Made by a program: the position numbers and the translations under genes | Notes under the pieces: generated by a model | Databases searched by the model: none | What the model saw: only the letters and a program-made list of their open reading frames with translations | Told to the model about the DNA's origin: nothing | NCBI GenBank assembly: GCA_032250735.1 | Contig: JAVVEP010000005.1 | Span: 91,602-155,601 of the forward strand | DNA from: Gammaproteobacteria bacterium | GTDB lineage: Bacteria; Pseudomonadota; Gammaproteobacteria; SZUA-152 | Direction of reading: 5' to 3' | DNA length: 64,000 nt | Shown here: positions 50,346 through 60,591 of the stretch, piece by piece | Layout of the letters: every line of letters begins with the position of its first letter | Numbering within the stretch: the stretch's first letter is position 1

Positions 50346-50663
50346 ATGAAAGAATCAGACTGGAAAATATTCAAAGAAATAAAAGAAAAAGCAATTAAGC
50401 TTTTTTGCAGTCGTGCATTAGAAGAATTCAATGAAATCATAAAAGACAAAAATTCAAAACCAGAAGAAGCCTATACTCTACTTTACAGAATAGTAATAAA
50501 TAGAGACAAACAAATGTCACTACTATTTGATAGTCACAGCAGATCAAAAGCCACTTTACAGCTGCTGGCTATACGAGGAGAGAATTTAGCTGATCAAGAG
50601 TTGCTTAAAAAGCTTTCAAGTGAATTCCTTGAGGTCACAGACCCCAGGAAGGTGAGCTGGTAA
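50346..50663 (+). CDS. Hypothetical protein, AT-rich, likely horizontally acquired
   Basis: 105-aa Lys/Glu-rich ORF in a local low-GC segment. Confidence 0.35.
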   Translation: MKESDWKIFKEIKEKAIKLFCSRALEEFNEIIKDKNSKPEEAYTLLYRIVINRDKQMSLLFDSHSRSKATLQLLAIRGENLADQELLKKLSSEFLEVTDPRKVSW

Positions 50664-50961
50664 AATGCCTAACAAACGCATCAAATCGTTCGCTATCACT
50701 CACTCGGGCCGTCAAAAAACGGCGACCGTTTATGCTAAACGTTCTTGAATGTCTGCTACCGGGAAATTTACTCGTTTGTTGTTACAAAACGCCAAGGTCC
50801 GCAAACGCTGCATTGCAGAAGTAACCAGATTCCCTGTGAATGACTTTTTGATACTAAAGCGGACACACTATTCTTGACGGTTCTCCCTATGCCCGACAGT
50901 CTCCTGGGCAGGAAAAATAACAACAACCGCAGTCGGCCGGTATGTTCACGGGCGTCCGGTC

Positions 50962-51558
50962 TCAGTCTCCGGCTTTCACCCACACCAGAATATTGTTGTT
51001 GGCCGGCATGGTGTAATCGGCCGCGCGCTCGAGTCCGGCCTGCGCCGCCAGCGTATCCAGCTCGGCCTTGTCCCGAATCCCGCTCCTGGCATCCCGCGAC
51101 TTCAGCCAGCGCTCGAATGCGGCATTGCTGGGCGAGGTGAATCTGCCGTCGACGTTGAATGGCCCGTAGAGGCAGAAGCGCCCGCCCGGACGCAATATCC
51201 GCCCGATACCCGCAAATAGCCTTTCCACCTCCGGCCAGCCCATGATGTGCACGGTGTTGGCGCTGAACACGGCGTCGTAGTCGGTGTCGGGCCAGGGATC
51301 GGTGGCCACGTCCAGCGCCAGCGGGGGGAGCACATTGTCCGGCCCCTGTTCGCTGATCCAGGCCTCGATGCCGGCGTGGTGTGCGCGCACATCGCTGGTC
51401 TGCCAGCGCAGGTGGGGCAGCTCGACGGCGAAAAAGACTGCATGCTGGCCGGTGCCGCTGCCGATCTCCAGCAGCTCCCGGGCGTGCATCAGCTCCTGAC
51501 GTAACACCGCCAGGATGGCGTGCTTGTTCTGCTCGCAGGATTCGGCGTAGGGTTTCAT
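50962..51558 (-). CDS. DUF938-family class I SAM-dependent methyltransferase
   Basis: LEIGSGTGQH SAM-binding motif. 198 aa. Confidence 0.6.
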   Translation of the reverse strand: MKPYAESCEQNKHAILAVLRQELMHARELLEIGSGTGQHAVFFAVELPHLRWQTSDVRAHHAGIEAWISEQGPDNVLPPLALDVATDPWPDTDYDAVFSANTVHIMGWPEVERLFAGIGRILRPGGRFCLYGPFNVDGRFTSPSNAAFERWLKSRDARSGIRDKAELDTLAAQAGLERAADYTMPANNNILVWVKAGD

Positions 51559-51575
51559 GCTGACCTCGCTACCGG

Positions 51576-52364
51576 CTAGCTGTTGAGTGAACGGCCGCCA
51601 TCGACGGTGATGACCTGGCCGCTGGTGTAGTCGGCATCGCGGATCAGGAACAGCGCGGCGCGGGCAATGTCGCGCGGGCTGCCCTGGCGCTTGAGGAAGG
51701 TGCGCGAGACGATGCGTTGCTGGGTGACCTCATCAAGCTCCCGTTCCGGCCAGAGGATGGCGCCGGGGGCGATGGCGTTGACGCGCACCTCGGGGCCCAG
51801 CTCGCAGGCCAGCGACTTGGTCAGCATCACCAGCCCGGCCTTGGCGATACTATAGACCGGAAAGCGTTTCAGCGGTCGCTCGGCATGGATGTCGGCGATG
51901 TTAACAATGCAGCCGCGCTGCTGCTTGATGTGCGGCGCCGCCGCCTGGGACAGAAAGAAGGGTGCCTTGAGATTGGTGCCGATGAGGTCGTCCCATTCGG
52001 TCTCGCTCACCGAGCCCAGCGGGGTGGGATAAAAGCTGGAGGCGTTATTGATCAGCACGTCAAGCCGCCCCCAGGTGGCGAGGGCATCGCCGATCACCGC
52101 GGGCAGCGCGGCCTGGTCCAGCAGGTCGGCGCGCACCAGCACCACGGAATCGGCGCGCAGGGCGTTGAGCTCTTTCTGCAGGGCCTGGGCGGCGCTGCGC
52201 GAGGCGCGATAGTGCAGCACCAGTCGCGCGCCCTCTTTATGCAGGGTGCGGGCGATCACGGCGCCGATGCGATGCACGCCGCCGGTGATCAGGATCACAC
52301 GATCCTGCAGGCTCCCTGGGGCGGCGGCAGGCGTGTCGTCAGTGGGTTGTGTGGTATCCTTCAA
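51576..52364 (-). CDS. Short-chain dehydrogenase, pteridine reductase (FolM/PTR1-like)
   Basis: ITGGVHRIG, NNAS and YSIAK SDR motifs. The context is pterin metabolism. Confidence 0.6.
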   Translation of the reverse strand: MKDTTQPTDDTPAAAPGSLQDRVILITGGVHRIGAVIARTLHKEGARLVLHYRASRSAAQALQKELNALRADSVVLVRADLLDQAALPAVIGDALATWGRLDVLINNASSFYPTPLGSVSETEWDDLIGTNLKAPFFLSQAAAPHIKQQRGCIVNIADIHAERPLKRFPVYSIAKAGLVMLTKSLACELGPEVRVNAIAPGAILWPERELDEVTQQRIVSRTFLKRQGSPRDIARAALFLIRDADYTSGQVITVDGGRSLNS

Positions 52365-52511
52365 GCCGTTGTTTCCAGTCTGTCAGCGAATAATCGCCGG
52401 TGGTCGAGTCACCCGCCACACGGGTGCTCACACTGTAACGTAACTCTGTATTTATTGCCCGCCATTGGTGACGATAGTCCAATGCCGGCCTGACCCGAGC
52501 GTCGATTCGTC

Positions 52512-53765
52512 ATGTCACCCGTACGTCCTCCCGAAAGCCTGTTGCAGCTACCCACGCCCGATGCCGAGGCGCAGGCCCACAGCGAAAGGCTCATCAGCCT
52601 GATCACCGACGAGATCGCCGCGGCGGGTGGTGGCATCAGCTTTGCCCGTTACATGGAGCTGGCGCTGTTCGCGCCGGGGCTGGGCTATTACTCGGCGGGG
52701 GCCAGCAAGTTTGGCGAGCAGGGGGATTTTGTCACCGCCCCGGAGATCTCCCCGCTGTTCTCGCGGGCCCTGGCGCAACAGGTGGCGGAGGTGCTGACGG
52801 CGCTGGAACCAACAGGGAAGGCGACCGGCAGTGGCGAGGTGCTGGAGGTCGGTGGCGGCACCGGCTGCATGGCCGCCGACATGCTGGCCGAGCTGGAGAC
52901 CCTGGGCGTCCTGCCGGCTCGCTACAGCATCCTGGAGCTGAGCGCCGATCTGCAGGCCCGCCAACACCAGACCCTCAGCGAACGGGTGCCCCACCTGCTG
53001 CCCCGGGTGCAGTGGCTGAACGCCCTGCCGGCGTCGGGCTTTCGCGGGGTGGTGGTGGCCAACGAGCTGCTGGATGCGCTGCCCGTGCACTGCTTCCGGG
53101 TGCACAAGCGGGGCATGGGCGAGGCGGGCCTGCGGGAACGCTGGGTCGGTTTTGAGCAGGGCCGTTTTCAGTGGCGCAGTGACGACTTGGCACCCGCGCC
53201 GGTGCTACAACAACAGCTGCCTCTCGCGCTGCTGGACCAGCTCAGCGGCCTGCCCGACGGCTATGAATCGGAAGTGAACCTGGCGGCCGGCGCCTGGGTC
53301 GAGGCGCTCGCCGAGCGGCTGGCGGCCGGTGTGGTGCTGCTCATCGACTACGGCTTCCCCCGCCATGAGTATTACCATCCGCAGCGCAGTCGCGGCACCC
53401 TGATGTGTCACTACCGGCATCGCGCCCACGACGACCCCTTCGTCTATCCCGGCCTGCAGGACATCACCGCCCACGTGGACTTCACCGCCATCGCCGAGGC
53501 CGCCGTGGCGGCCGGGCTGGAGGTGCGCGGGTATAATACCCAGGGGCTGTTCCTACTCGGCTGCGGGCTGGCGGAACTGGCGCAGCGCTCCGAGGACCCC
53601 ACCGCAGAACACAATGAACGACAGCAGATCCTCCAGGCGCAGCAGATCCGCCGCCTGACCCTGCCCGGGGAGATGGGGGAGCGCTTCAAGGTGATCGCCC
53701 TGAGCCGGAATTATGACCATCCCCTGCGGGGCTTTGCCCTGCAGGATCTGCGTCATCAGCTTTGA
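52512..53765 (+). CDS. MidA/NDUFAF7-family SAM-dependent methyltransferase (DUF185)
   Basis: 417 aa with the LEVGGGTG motif and family-typical length. Confidence 0.6.
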   Translation: MSPVRPPESLLQLPTPDAEAQAHSERLISLITDEIAAAGGGISFARYMELALFAPGLGYYSAGASKFGEQGDFVTAPEISPLFSRALAQQVAEVLTALEPTGKATGSGEVLEVGGGTGCMAADMLAELETLGVLPARYSILELSADLQARQHQTLSERVPHLLPRVQWLNALPASGFRGVVVANELLDALPVHCFRVHKRGMGEAGLRERWVGFEQGRFQWRSDDLAPAPVLQQQLPLALLDQLSGLPDGYESEVNLAAGAWVEALAERLAAGVVLLIDYGFPRHEYYHPQRSRGTLMCHYRHRAHDDPFVYPGLQDITAHVDFTAIAEAAVAAGLEVRGYNTQGLFLLGCGLAELAQRSEDPTAEHNERQQILQAQQIRRLTLPGEMGERFKVIALSRNYDHPLRGFALQDLRHQL

Positions 53766-53789
53766 GTTAGAAATTATGGAGATGAAATT

Positions 53790-54485
53790 ATGAGCGAAAA
53801 GATACAGCAGACCCAGGCCATGCTGGCCAAACATCATCGCGATGGCGAGGCCTTTGTGCAGACGATGAAAGATACCCATGCCGGACGGTTTAATGATGAT
53901 TTCTGGGCGGTGTGGGCCGAACGGGTTGAGCCGATCCTGTCGGCGCAGCCGCTAATTCTCGATCTGGGTACCGGCCCGGCGCTGTTTCTCCGGGAGGTGG
54001 CGCAGCGTCATCCGCACATCAGGGCCATCGGCGTCGAGTGTGCGGAATATATGCTGAATGCCACCAAGGACCTGCCGGACAACTGTGAGATCATCGAGGC
54101 GGATCTGCATGACCCCCATTTGCCGTTAGCCGATGCCAGTGTCGATGCGGCGGTGGCCTCGGTGGTGCTGCACGAGATGCATCAGCCGGTGCGCGCCCTG
54201 CAGGAGGTGCAGCGCTGCCTGAAGCCCGGCGGTATCTTCTATGTGCTGGACTGGGTGCGCGCACCCCTGGCGCAGTATCTGCAAAACACCGAGCTGGCGG
54301 TGTTTGACCGGCAAACGAAGGTCGATGAACTGGAAGACCTGTTTATCCATTTCATCGAACACAATCGCTTCAGTATCGATGACCTGGCCTTCATGCTGGA
54401 GAACACCGGCTTTCGGGTGGTGGAAAAGACCGCCCTGAAAAACGGCCAGATGGCGCGGCTGGTGGCGGAAAAGATCGCCGTCTAG
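53790..54485 (+). CDS. Class I SAM-dependent methyltransferase
   Basis: ILDLGTGPA motif I. 231 aa. Confidence 0.6.
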   Translation: MSEKIQQTQAMLAKHHRDGEAFVQTMKDTHAGRFNDDFWAVWAERVEPILSAQPLILDLGTGPALFLREVAQRHPHIRAIGVECAEYMLNATKDLPDNCEIIEADLHDPHLPLADASVDAAVASVVLHEMHQPVRALQEVQRCLKPGGIFYVLDWVRAPLAQYLQNTELAVFDRQTKVDELEDLFIHFIEHNRFSIDDLAFMLENTGFRVVEKTALKNGQMARLVAEKIAV

Positions 54486-54553
54486 ACGGGCATGAAAGCC
54501 GGACAAAAACCGATAAAAATAACCACAAACATAACGGGAAAAAGTAACCGCAC

Positions 54554-55351
54554 ATGGACGCACTGAACGCGATTCTTCTCGCCCTGTTACAGGGCTTCAC
54601 CGAGTTTCTGCCGATCTCCAGCTCGGCCCACCTGATCCTGTTGCCGCGTCTGCTGGGTTGGGAGGATCAGGGCCTGGCCTTCGATGTGGCCGTGCACGTG
54701 GGCACCCTGAGTGCGGTGGTACTGTATTTTCGCCGCGAGCTGGTGCCGATGGCGCGGGACTGGCTGGGCTCGCTGCGGACCCGCAGGAATACGGTCAACA
54801 GCCGGCTGGCCTGGGCGGTGTTGTGGGGCACGGTGCCGGTGGGGCTGGCCGGGCTGTTGCTGAAGGGCCTTATCGAGGGTCATCTGCGCTCGGAGCTGGT
54901 GATCGCCGCGACCACGATCCTTTTTGGTCTGCTGCTGTGGTGGGCGGATGCCAGGGGTCGCGGCCAGCGCGATGAATACAGCCTGCGCATCAGCGACATC
55001 TTTATCATTGGCGTGGCGCAGGCGCTGGCGCTGATCCCCGGCACCTCCCGCTCCGGCGTGACCATGACCGCCGGCCTGATGCTGGGGCTGTCGCGCCAGG
55101 CCGCCGCCCGGTTCTCTTTTCTGCTGTCGATCCCGGTCATCACCCTGGCGGGCGGCCTGTTGATGATTGACCTGGTGCAGGATCCGGCGCTGGTGGACTG
55201 GCGGGCAATCATCATCGGCACGGTCACCTCGGCGATCGCCGCCTATCTCTGCATCCACGTGTTTCTGCAACTGCTGGAGCGCATCGGCATGCTGCCGTTT
55301 GTGATCTATCGCCTGGCCCTGGGCGCACTGCTGCTGTATCTGTTTGTATAA
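54554..55351 (+). CDS. uppP: Undecaprenyl-diphosphatase
   Basis: Eight transmembrane segments and the BacA motifs (LPISSSAHL, GTSRSG). Confidence 0.9.
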   Translation: MDALNAILLALLQGFTEFLPISSSAHLILLPRLLGWEDQGLAFDVAVHVGTLSAVVLYFRRELVPMARDWLGSLRTRRNTVNSRLAWAVLWGTVPVGLAGLLLKGLIEGHLRSELVIAATTILFGLLLWWADARGRGQRDEYSLRISDIFIIGVAQALALIPGTSRSGVTMTAGLMLGLSRQAAARFSFLLSIPVITLAGGLLMIDLVQDPALVDWRAIIIGTVTSAIAAYLCIHVFLQLLERIGMLPFVIYRLALGALLLYLFV

Positions 55352-55418
55352 ACCGATCCGGGCGCGCGTTGCCCGTGCGTGCAACCGCCGCGGGTTGGCC
55401 GCAGCTAACCGGAACAGG

Positions 55419-56270
55419 TTACTCCGGCACCAGCCAGTCGAGGCGCGGTCCACCCGCGCCGTCCACGGCCAGCACCTTCCATAGCCAATCCTGCAATGCC
55501 CGTATCTGCCCATCCACCTGCCAGGGCGGGTTGATGATGATCAGCCCCGAGCCGTTGAGCCGGTGGGGCACGTCGTCGCGGGCGATGACCAGCTCGGCGC
55601 GCAGCACCTTGCGCATGCCGCTGTCGGTGAGCCGGCGGTAAAAGTCCGCCAGCGCGTCGCGCCGGGCGATCGGATACCACAGCGCAAAGATCCCCGTCGG
55701 CCAGCGCTGCCAGGCCGCGACCAGGGCCTCGGTCGCGCGCCGGAATTCGTCGGCCCGTTCATAGGCGGGGTCGATCAGCACCAGCCCGCGCCGCTCCTGT
55801 GGTGGCAGGAAGGCCCTGAGCGCCTGATAGCCGTCCATGTGATGCACGGCAAGACGCCGGTGTTTGGCGAAGGCCTCTTGCAGCAGCGGCGCCTCGGTGG
55901 TGTGCAGCTCCGAGAGCACCATGCGGTCCTGGGCGCGGCGCAGATGGTCTACCAGCCAGGGCGAGCCGGGATAATAGCGCAGACCGTTTTCCCCGCGTTC
56001 ATGGTTGAGGGCGCGCACCGCCGCGAGGTAGGCGGCCGCCTCGGGCGGCGTGTCGTCGCGTTCCCAGAGACGGCCGATGCCCGCCTGATACTCATCGGTC
56101 TTGCGCGCCAGCGCCGATTGCAGGTCGTAGACCGCGGCCCCGGCGTGGGTGTCCAGATAACAGAAGGGGGCCTCCTTGCGCAGCAGTGCCTGCACCAGCA
56201 GGGTCAGTACGGCGTGTTTTTGCACGTCCGCAAAATTGCCGGCATGGAAGCCGTGGCGATAGCTCAGCAT
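55419..56270 (-). CDS. rlmJ: 23S rRNA (adenine2030-N6)-methyltransferase RlmJ
   Basis: MLSYRHGFHAGNFADVQKH N-terminus and the DPPW motif (NPPW). Confidence 0.8.
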   Translation of the reverse strand: MLSYRHGFHAGNFADVQKHAVLTLLVQALLRKEAPFCYLDTHAGAAVYDLQSALARKTDEYQAGIGRLWERDDTPPEAAAYLAAVRALNHERGENGLRYYPGSPWLVDHLRRAQDRMVLSELHTTEAPLLQEAFAKHRRLAVHHMDGYQALRAFLPPQERRGLVLIDPAYERADEFRRATEALVAAWQRWPTGIFALWYPIARRDALADFYRRLTDSGMRKVLRAELVIARDDVPHRLNGSGLIIINPPWQVDGQIRALQDWLWKVLAVDGAGGPRLDWLVPE

Positions 56271-56306
56271 GGTGGTTTTTTCATGGCCGGTTCTTTCAGT
56301 GCTCGG

Positions 56307-56666
56307 TCAGTACTCGGTGTATTTCTTGGACTGCCCGCGTACCTGGCTTGCGGGGTATTTCTGCTGGTTGATCTCGATCTTGCGCTGGGCGGCGCTGGGC
56401 AGATCCATGTCGAGCATGTCCGCGATGCGGATCAGATAGAGAAAGATGTCCGCCAGCTCCTGCTCGACCTTGTCACGCGTCTCGTCCGGCAGCGCCTTGC
56501 TCTGCGCCTCGGTGAGCCACTGGAAATGCTCCACCAGCTCCGCGGCCTCGACGATCAGCGCCATGGACAGGTTCTTGGGGGAATGGAACTGCTCCCAGTC
56601 CCGCTCGGCGGCGAAGTCCCGCAGCTGCTGTCGCAGCCGATCCAGCTCGTTGCTCATGTTGCTCAT
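56307..56666 (-). CDS. MazG-like nucleotide pyrophosphohydrolase
   Basis: EEAAELVEHFQW and ELADIFLYL motifs. Start chosen at the internal MSNMSNEL. Confidence 0.65.
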   Translation of the reverse strand: MSNMSNELDRLRQQLRDFAAERDWEQFHSPKNLSMALIVEAAELVEHFQWLTEAQSKALPDETRDKVEQELADIFLYLIRIADMLDMDLPSAAQRKIEINQQKYPASQVRGQSKKYTEY

Positions 56667-57111
56667 CAGTAAGGGTGTCCTTCGGTGGAAAGGCGCTGAT
56701 TGTACCCCACGATGCGGGCCTGTCGCGTCCGCCTCGTCAGCCGCACGCCGGTTAATCTCTTCCATGGATCAAGGGCCTCTGCCTGGGGCAGGATCGATGG
56801 GCGGGCGAATAGAAGCGCGCGCGGCAGGGCTGGGTAAGTCCGGGACATCCTTGGGGCGCCATGCCGACCCAGGATGGGTGGATAATGCCTATGCAACCCA
56901 CAGGTTCTATTCAAGTTTCTGGTGAATCGGTCGCAAATTACTGTCACAGGTAACCTGCACATGCCGGGTGCTGTACGTCATCCGCAAATGTCCGCCGCCG
57001 CTATCTATCGTCAGATATTGATACGCACAGCAAGGATCTTTAGCAAAGTGTGTGTGCTTCGGCGTATCCCCATCGACAGGCGGGGAGTGGGCCGGGAAAG
57101 GGAATTTTTTT

Positions 57112-60063
57112 ATGAGTTCAAATCGGTTTTTTGGCCTGCGCGCAAGGCTCGTGCTGCTGCTCGCCCTGATCATTGTCCCGGTATTTGCATTGCTGCTGCA
57201 CAATGCCGTGGAGACCCGCAAGACCCAGACCCTGCATACCCAGGCCCTGGCCCTGAGACTGGCCCGGCTGGTGATGCTGGAGCAGCGCGAGCTCATCGCC
57301 GGGGCGCGGCAGCTGTTGCCCAGTCTGGCGCAGCTGCCAAGCGTGCGGGCCACGGACGGCGGCCCCGCCTGTCAGCGGGAGCTGGTGCGTCAGCTGGAAC
57401 AGTATCCCTACTATGCCAATTTTGGCGTCAGCGGCCGTGACGGGGTGATGCGTTGCAGCGGCCTGCCCATGCCTTCGCCGGTGCATATCGAGGATCGGGA
57501 CTATTTCCGTGGCGCCATCAATAACGATGAATTCACCATCGGCGGCTATCAGATCGGCCGCATCACCGGCAAGAGCGCGATCAACCTGGGCTACCCGCTA
57601 CGGGATGCGAAGGGCCGTGTCGATGGCGTGATCTTCGCGGCGCTGGACCTGGCCTGGCTGGGCCGCAAGCTGCGGGACGTCGCCCTGCCCGCCGGCACCA
57701 CCATCACCATCTTCGATGTCCGCGGTACGGTGCTGACGCATATTCCCAATCCGGCGGAGTGGTTTGGCCGGTCGATCGCCGATGTGCCTTTTGTACGCCT
57801 GATCCTCGAACGGGGCGCGGAGGGCATCGCCGAATCGACCGATGTCGAAGGCGTGCAGCGGCTATTTGCCTTCACCCCCCTGGACGCAAGCAGGCGGGCC
57901 TATGTCAGCGTGGGCATCCCCCGTAACGTCGCCTATGCCGAGGTGGATGCCCGCTTCAAACAGGATCTGCTGGCCCTGAGCCTGATCGTGCTGGTAGTGA
58001 TCAGCGTGGGCTGGACGGGCAGCAATGCCTTTGTGTTGCGTCCGCTTAGTGTGCTGACCCTCACCAGCGAACGCCTGGGGCGGGGCGATCTCGGCGCCCG
58101 CACCGAGCTGCGGCATCGGTCGAAAGAGTTCTCGCAGCTGGCGCAGACCTTTGACCGGATGGCCGCCTCGCTGCAGCAGCGGGAGCAGGCGACACAGCGC
58201 CAGGACCAGGAACTGAAGCGCATCAACCGGGCCCTGCAGACCCTGAGTGGCGGCAACCATGCCCTGGTGCGCACCCAGGATGAGGCCGCGCTGCTGCAGG
58301 AGATGTGCAGGGTGGCGGTGGAGCTCGGCGGCTATCGCATGGTCTGGGTCGGCTTCGCCCAGGACGATGCCGAAAAGACCGTCCTGCCGATGGCCTGGGC
58401 GGGCATGGACGGCGCCGTGGCCGACAGGCTACGCATCAGCTGGGACGACACCGAACGCGGCCTTGGCCCCACCGGTATCGCGATCCGCACAGGCCAGCCC
58501 TGCACGGTGCATGGTCTGCAGACCGATCCCCGTTACCAGCCCTGGCATGCGCTGGCGCGGGAGCAGGGTATCGACTCCGCCGTGTCCCTGCCCCTGCAGG
58601 TGGATGATGCGGTGATAGGGGCCTTCACCCTGTACTCCGAGGATCGACAGGCCTTTGACGCCCCGGAGCTTGACCTGCTGTCGGAGATGGCAGGTGACCT
58701 GGCCTATGGCATCTGCACCCTGCGTACCGGCATTCAGCATGCCGCGGCCCAGGCCACCATCCAGCGTATGGCCTACTATGACGAGCTGACCGATCTGCCG
58801 AACCACACCTCGCTGGAGGAATTTTTGGAGCGCTGTGCGGCGCGGGAATCCCTGCCACAGCAACGGCTCGCGCTGCTGTTGTTTGACCTGGCGCGGTTGC
58901 GTGACATCAATGACACGCTGGGCTTTGAGGCCGGCAACCAGGTGATGCAGGAGACCGCGTCGCGCCTTACCCGGGCCTGCCCCGAGGGGGGTTACGTGGC
59001 CCGCATGCGCGGCGATGAATTCGCCATGCTGCTGCCGGGCGCCGATCTGGCGCAGGCCGAGCAGATGACGCAGAGTATCCTGAAACTGTTGAACCAGCCG
59101 TTTAGCATCGACGGCTTTTCACTGGTGCTGAGGGTGAATGCGGGGATTGTGCTCTGCCCCGAGCACGCCCGTGATGCGGAACATCTGTTGCGTCACGCGG
59201 ATGTGGCGATGCAGCTGGCCAAGACCACCGGCAACGGTTATGCCGTCTATTCCCCGGCGCTGGATGCCGACAAGAAGCGGCATCTGGCGCTGGCCGCCGA
59301 CCTGAACCGTGCCCTGGAGGACGGCGGCCTGGAGCTGTATTTTCAGCCCAAGGTCTCCATGGTCAGAGGGCGCGTGATTGGTTTCGAGGCCCTGACCCGC
59401 TGGTCGCACCCCACGCATGGCTGGATCTCGCCGGATGAATTCATCCCCCTGGCGGAGCGCACCGGCATGATCCGCGCCCTCAGTGACTGGGTGCTGGAGA
59501 CCACCCTGCGCCAGCTGCATGCCTGGGGACAGGCGGGTATCCGCCTGCCGGTGGCGGTCAATCTGTCCGCCCATAACCTGCAGGACCCGCTGCTGCTCGA
59601 CAAGGTCGAGGCCCTGTGTGCGAGCTGGGCGCTGGAGCCGGGCCTGCTGGAGATGGAGATCACCGAGAGCGCCATGATGGCCGATCCAGCCGGGGCGCTG
59701 GCGGTGCTGCTACGCCTCAGGGCGCTGGGCATACCGCTGTACATCGACGACTTCGGCACCGGTTATTCGTCCCTGAGTTATCTCAAGAAGCTGCCGGTCA
59801 CGGCGCTGAAGATCGACAAATCCTTTATCGACGACATGCTGGACGACGCCGAATCGGAGAGCATCGTCCGCTCCACCATCACCCTGGCCCATGAGCTGGG
59901 CCTGAGCGTGGTGGCCGAAGGCGTGGAGGACGCGGCCGTGTGGGCGCGACTGCGGGCGCACGGTTGTGACGCCGCACAGGGCTACTACATGGGCAGGCCG
60001 ATGCCGGTGGCGCAGGTAGAGGCGTGGCTGCAAGAGTCTCCCTGGGGAATCGGCAAGGGCTGA
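57112..60063 (+). CDS. Membrane-anchored sensor (Cache/CHASE-like periplasmic domain)-HAMP-GAF-GGDEF-EAL signalling protein
   Basis: N-terminal transmembrane segment, a periplasmic sensor of about 280 aa, a second transmembrane segment, HAMP and GAF domains, a GGDEF-fold domain with RGDEF, and an EAL domain with intact EALTR and DDFGTGYSS motifs. Confidence 0.8.
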   Translation: MSSNRFFGLRARLVLLLALIIVPVFALLLHNAVETRKTQTLHTQALALRLARLVMLEQRELIAGARQLLPSLAQLPSVRATDGGPACQRELVRQLEQYPYYANFGVSGRDGVMRCSGLPMPSPVHIEDRDYFRGAINNDEFTIGGYQIGRITGKSAINLGYPLRDAKGRVDGVIFAALDLAWLGRKLRDVALPAGTTITIFDVRGTVLTHIPNPAEWFGRSIADVPFVRLILERGAEGIAESTDVEGVQRLFAFTPLDASRRAYVSVGIPRNVAYAEVDARFKQDLLALSLIVLVVISVGWTGSNAFVLRPLSVLTLTSERLGRGDLGARTELRHRSKEFSQLAQTFDRMAASLQQREQATQRQDQELKRINRALQTLSGGNHALVRTQDEAALLQEMCRVAVELGGYRMVWVGFAQDDAEKTVLPMAWAGMDGAVADRLRISWDDTERGLGPTGIAIRTGQPCTVHGLQTDPRYQPWHALAREQGIDSAVSLPLQVDDAVIGAFTLYSEDRQAFDAPELDLLSEMAGDLAYGICTLRTGIQHAAAQATIQRMAYYDELTDLPNHTSLEEFLERCAARESLPQQRLALLLFDLARLRDINDTLGFEAGNQVMQETASRLTRACPEGGYVARMRGDEFAMLLPGADLAQAEQMTQSILKLLNQPFSIDGFSLVLRVNAGIVLCPEHARDAEHLLRHADVAMQLAKTTGNGYAVYSPALDADKKRHLALAADLNRALEDGGLELYFQPKVSMVRGRVIGFEALTRWSHPTHGWISPDEFIPLAERTGMIRALSDWVLETTLRQLHAWGQAGIRLPVAVNLSAHNLQDPLLLDKVEALCASWALEPGLLEMEITESAMMADPAGALAVLLRLRALGIPLYIDDFGTGYSSLSYLKKLPVTALKIDKSFIDDMLDDAESESIVRSTITLAHELGLSVVAEGVEDAAVWARLRAHGCDAAQGYYMGRPMPVAQVEAWLQESPWGIGKG

Positions 60064-60163
60064 TAGCCCGGACCGAACAGGGCACCAGCCTCGACAGATC
60101 AACAAAGGGCGCTAAACGCACGATGCCCGGGGCTGGGTTGCTAAGGGCGGAGGGGCGGCGGGT

Positions 60164-60580
60164 TCATGCCTTGTGATTGGTGTCTTCTCGCATCGCCATT
60201 AACGCCGCCCGCGCCAGAAATCCCGAGCGACTCTCACCGTGGCGTTTGGCGAATACATCCAGGGCGCGCAGCACGCGATGCGGCAAGGTGATGTTGACGC
60301 GCTCGACCTTGTCGGAAAGGGCGTTAAGATCGACGTCAACGACGGCCCAAAGCCAGCCGTCGAAGTCAGGGTTCTTGCGGTGTTCTTCCAGCGGGCGGGC
60401 CTCCGGCAGCGGTGCATCTTCCTCAAGCAGACCTTCCAGGTACAGGAGGATGGCCTCAGGGGCGTTGGCGATGGCCTCGTCAAGGGTGTCGCCCGCGGAG
60501 TAGCAGCCGGGCAGATCGGGGACGATCACCCCATACGCATGGGTGTCGTTACCGGGTTCGATGGCGATGGGAAAACGCAT
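60164..60580 (-). CDS. hicB: HicB-family antitoxin
   Basis: RNase H-like HicB fold followed by a C-terminal RHH-type DNA-binding tail. Immediately downstream of hicA. Confidence 0.7.
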   Translation of the reverse strand: MRFPIAIEPGNDTHAYGVIVPDLPGCYSAGDTLDEAIANAPEAILLYLEGLLEEDAPLPEARPLEEHRKNPDFDGWLWAVVDVDLNALSDKVERVNITLPHRVLRALDVFAKRHGESRSGFLARAALMAMREDTNHKA

Positions 60581-60591
60581 GGTGGGTTGCC

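Noticed and set aside
54587-55513. 308-aa ORF antisense to uppP
   Set aside because: The Arg/Gln/Gly-rich translation spans uppP and the intergenic DNA and has no support.
55563-56672. 369-aa ORF antisense to rlmJ and the mazG-like gene
   Set aside because: It overlaps two conserved sense genes and is a typical GC-rich antisense frame.
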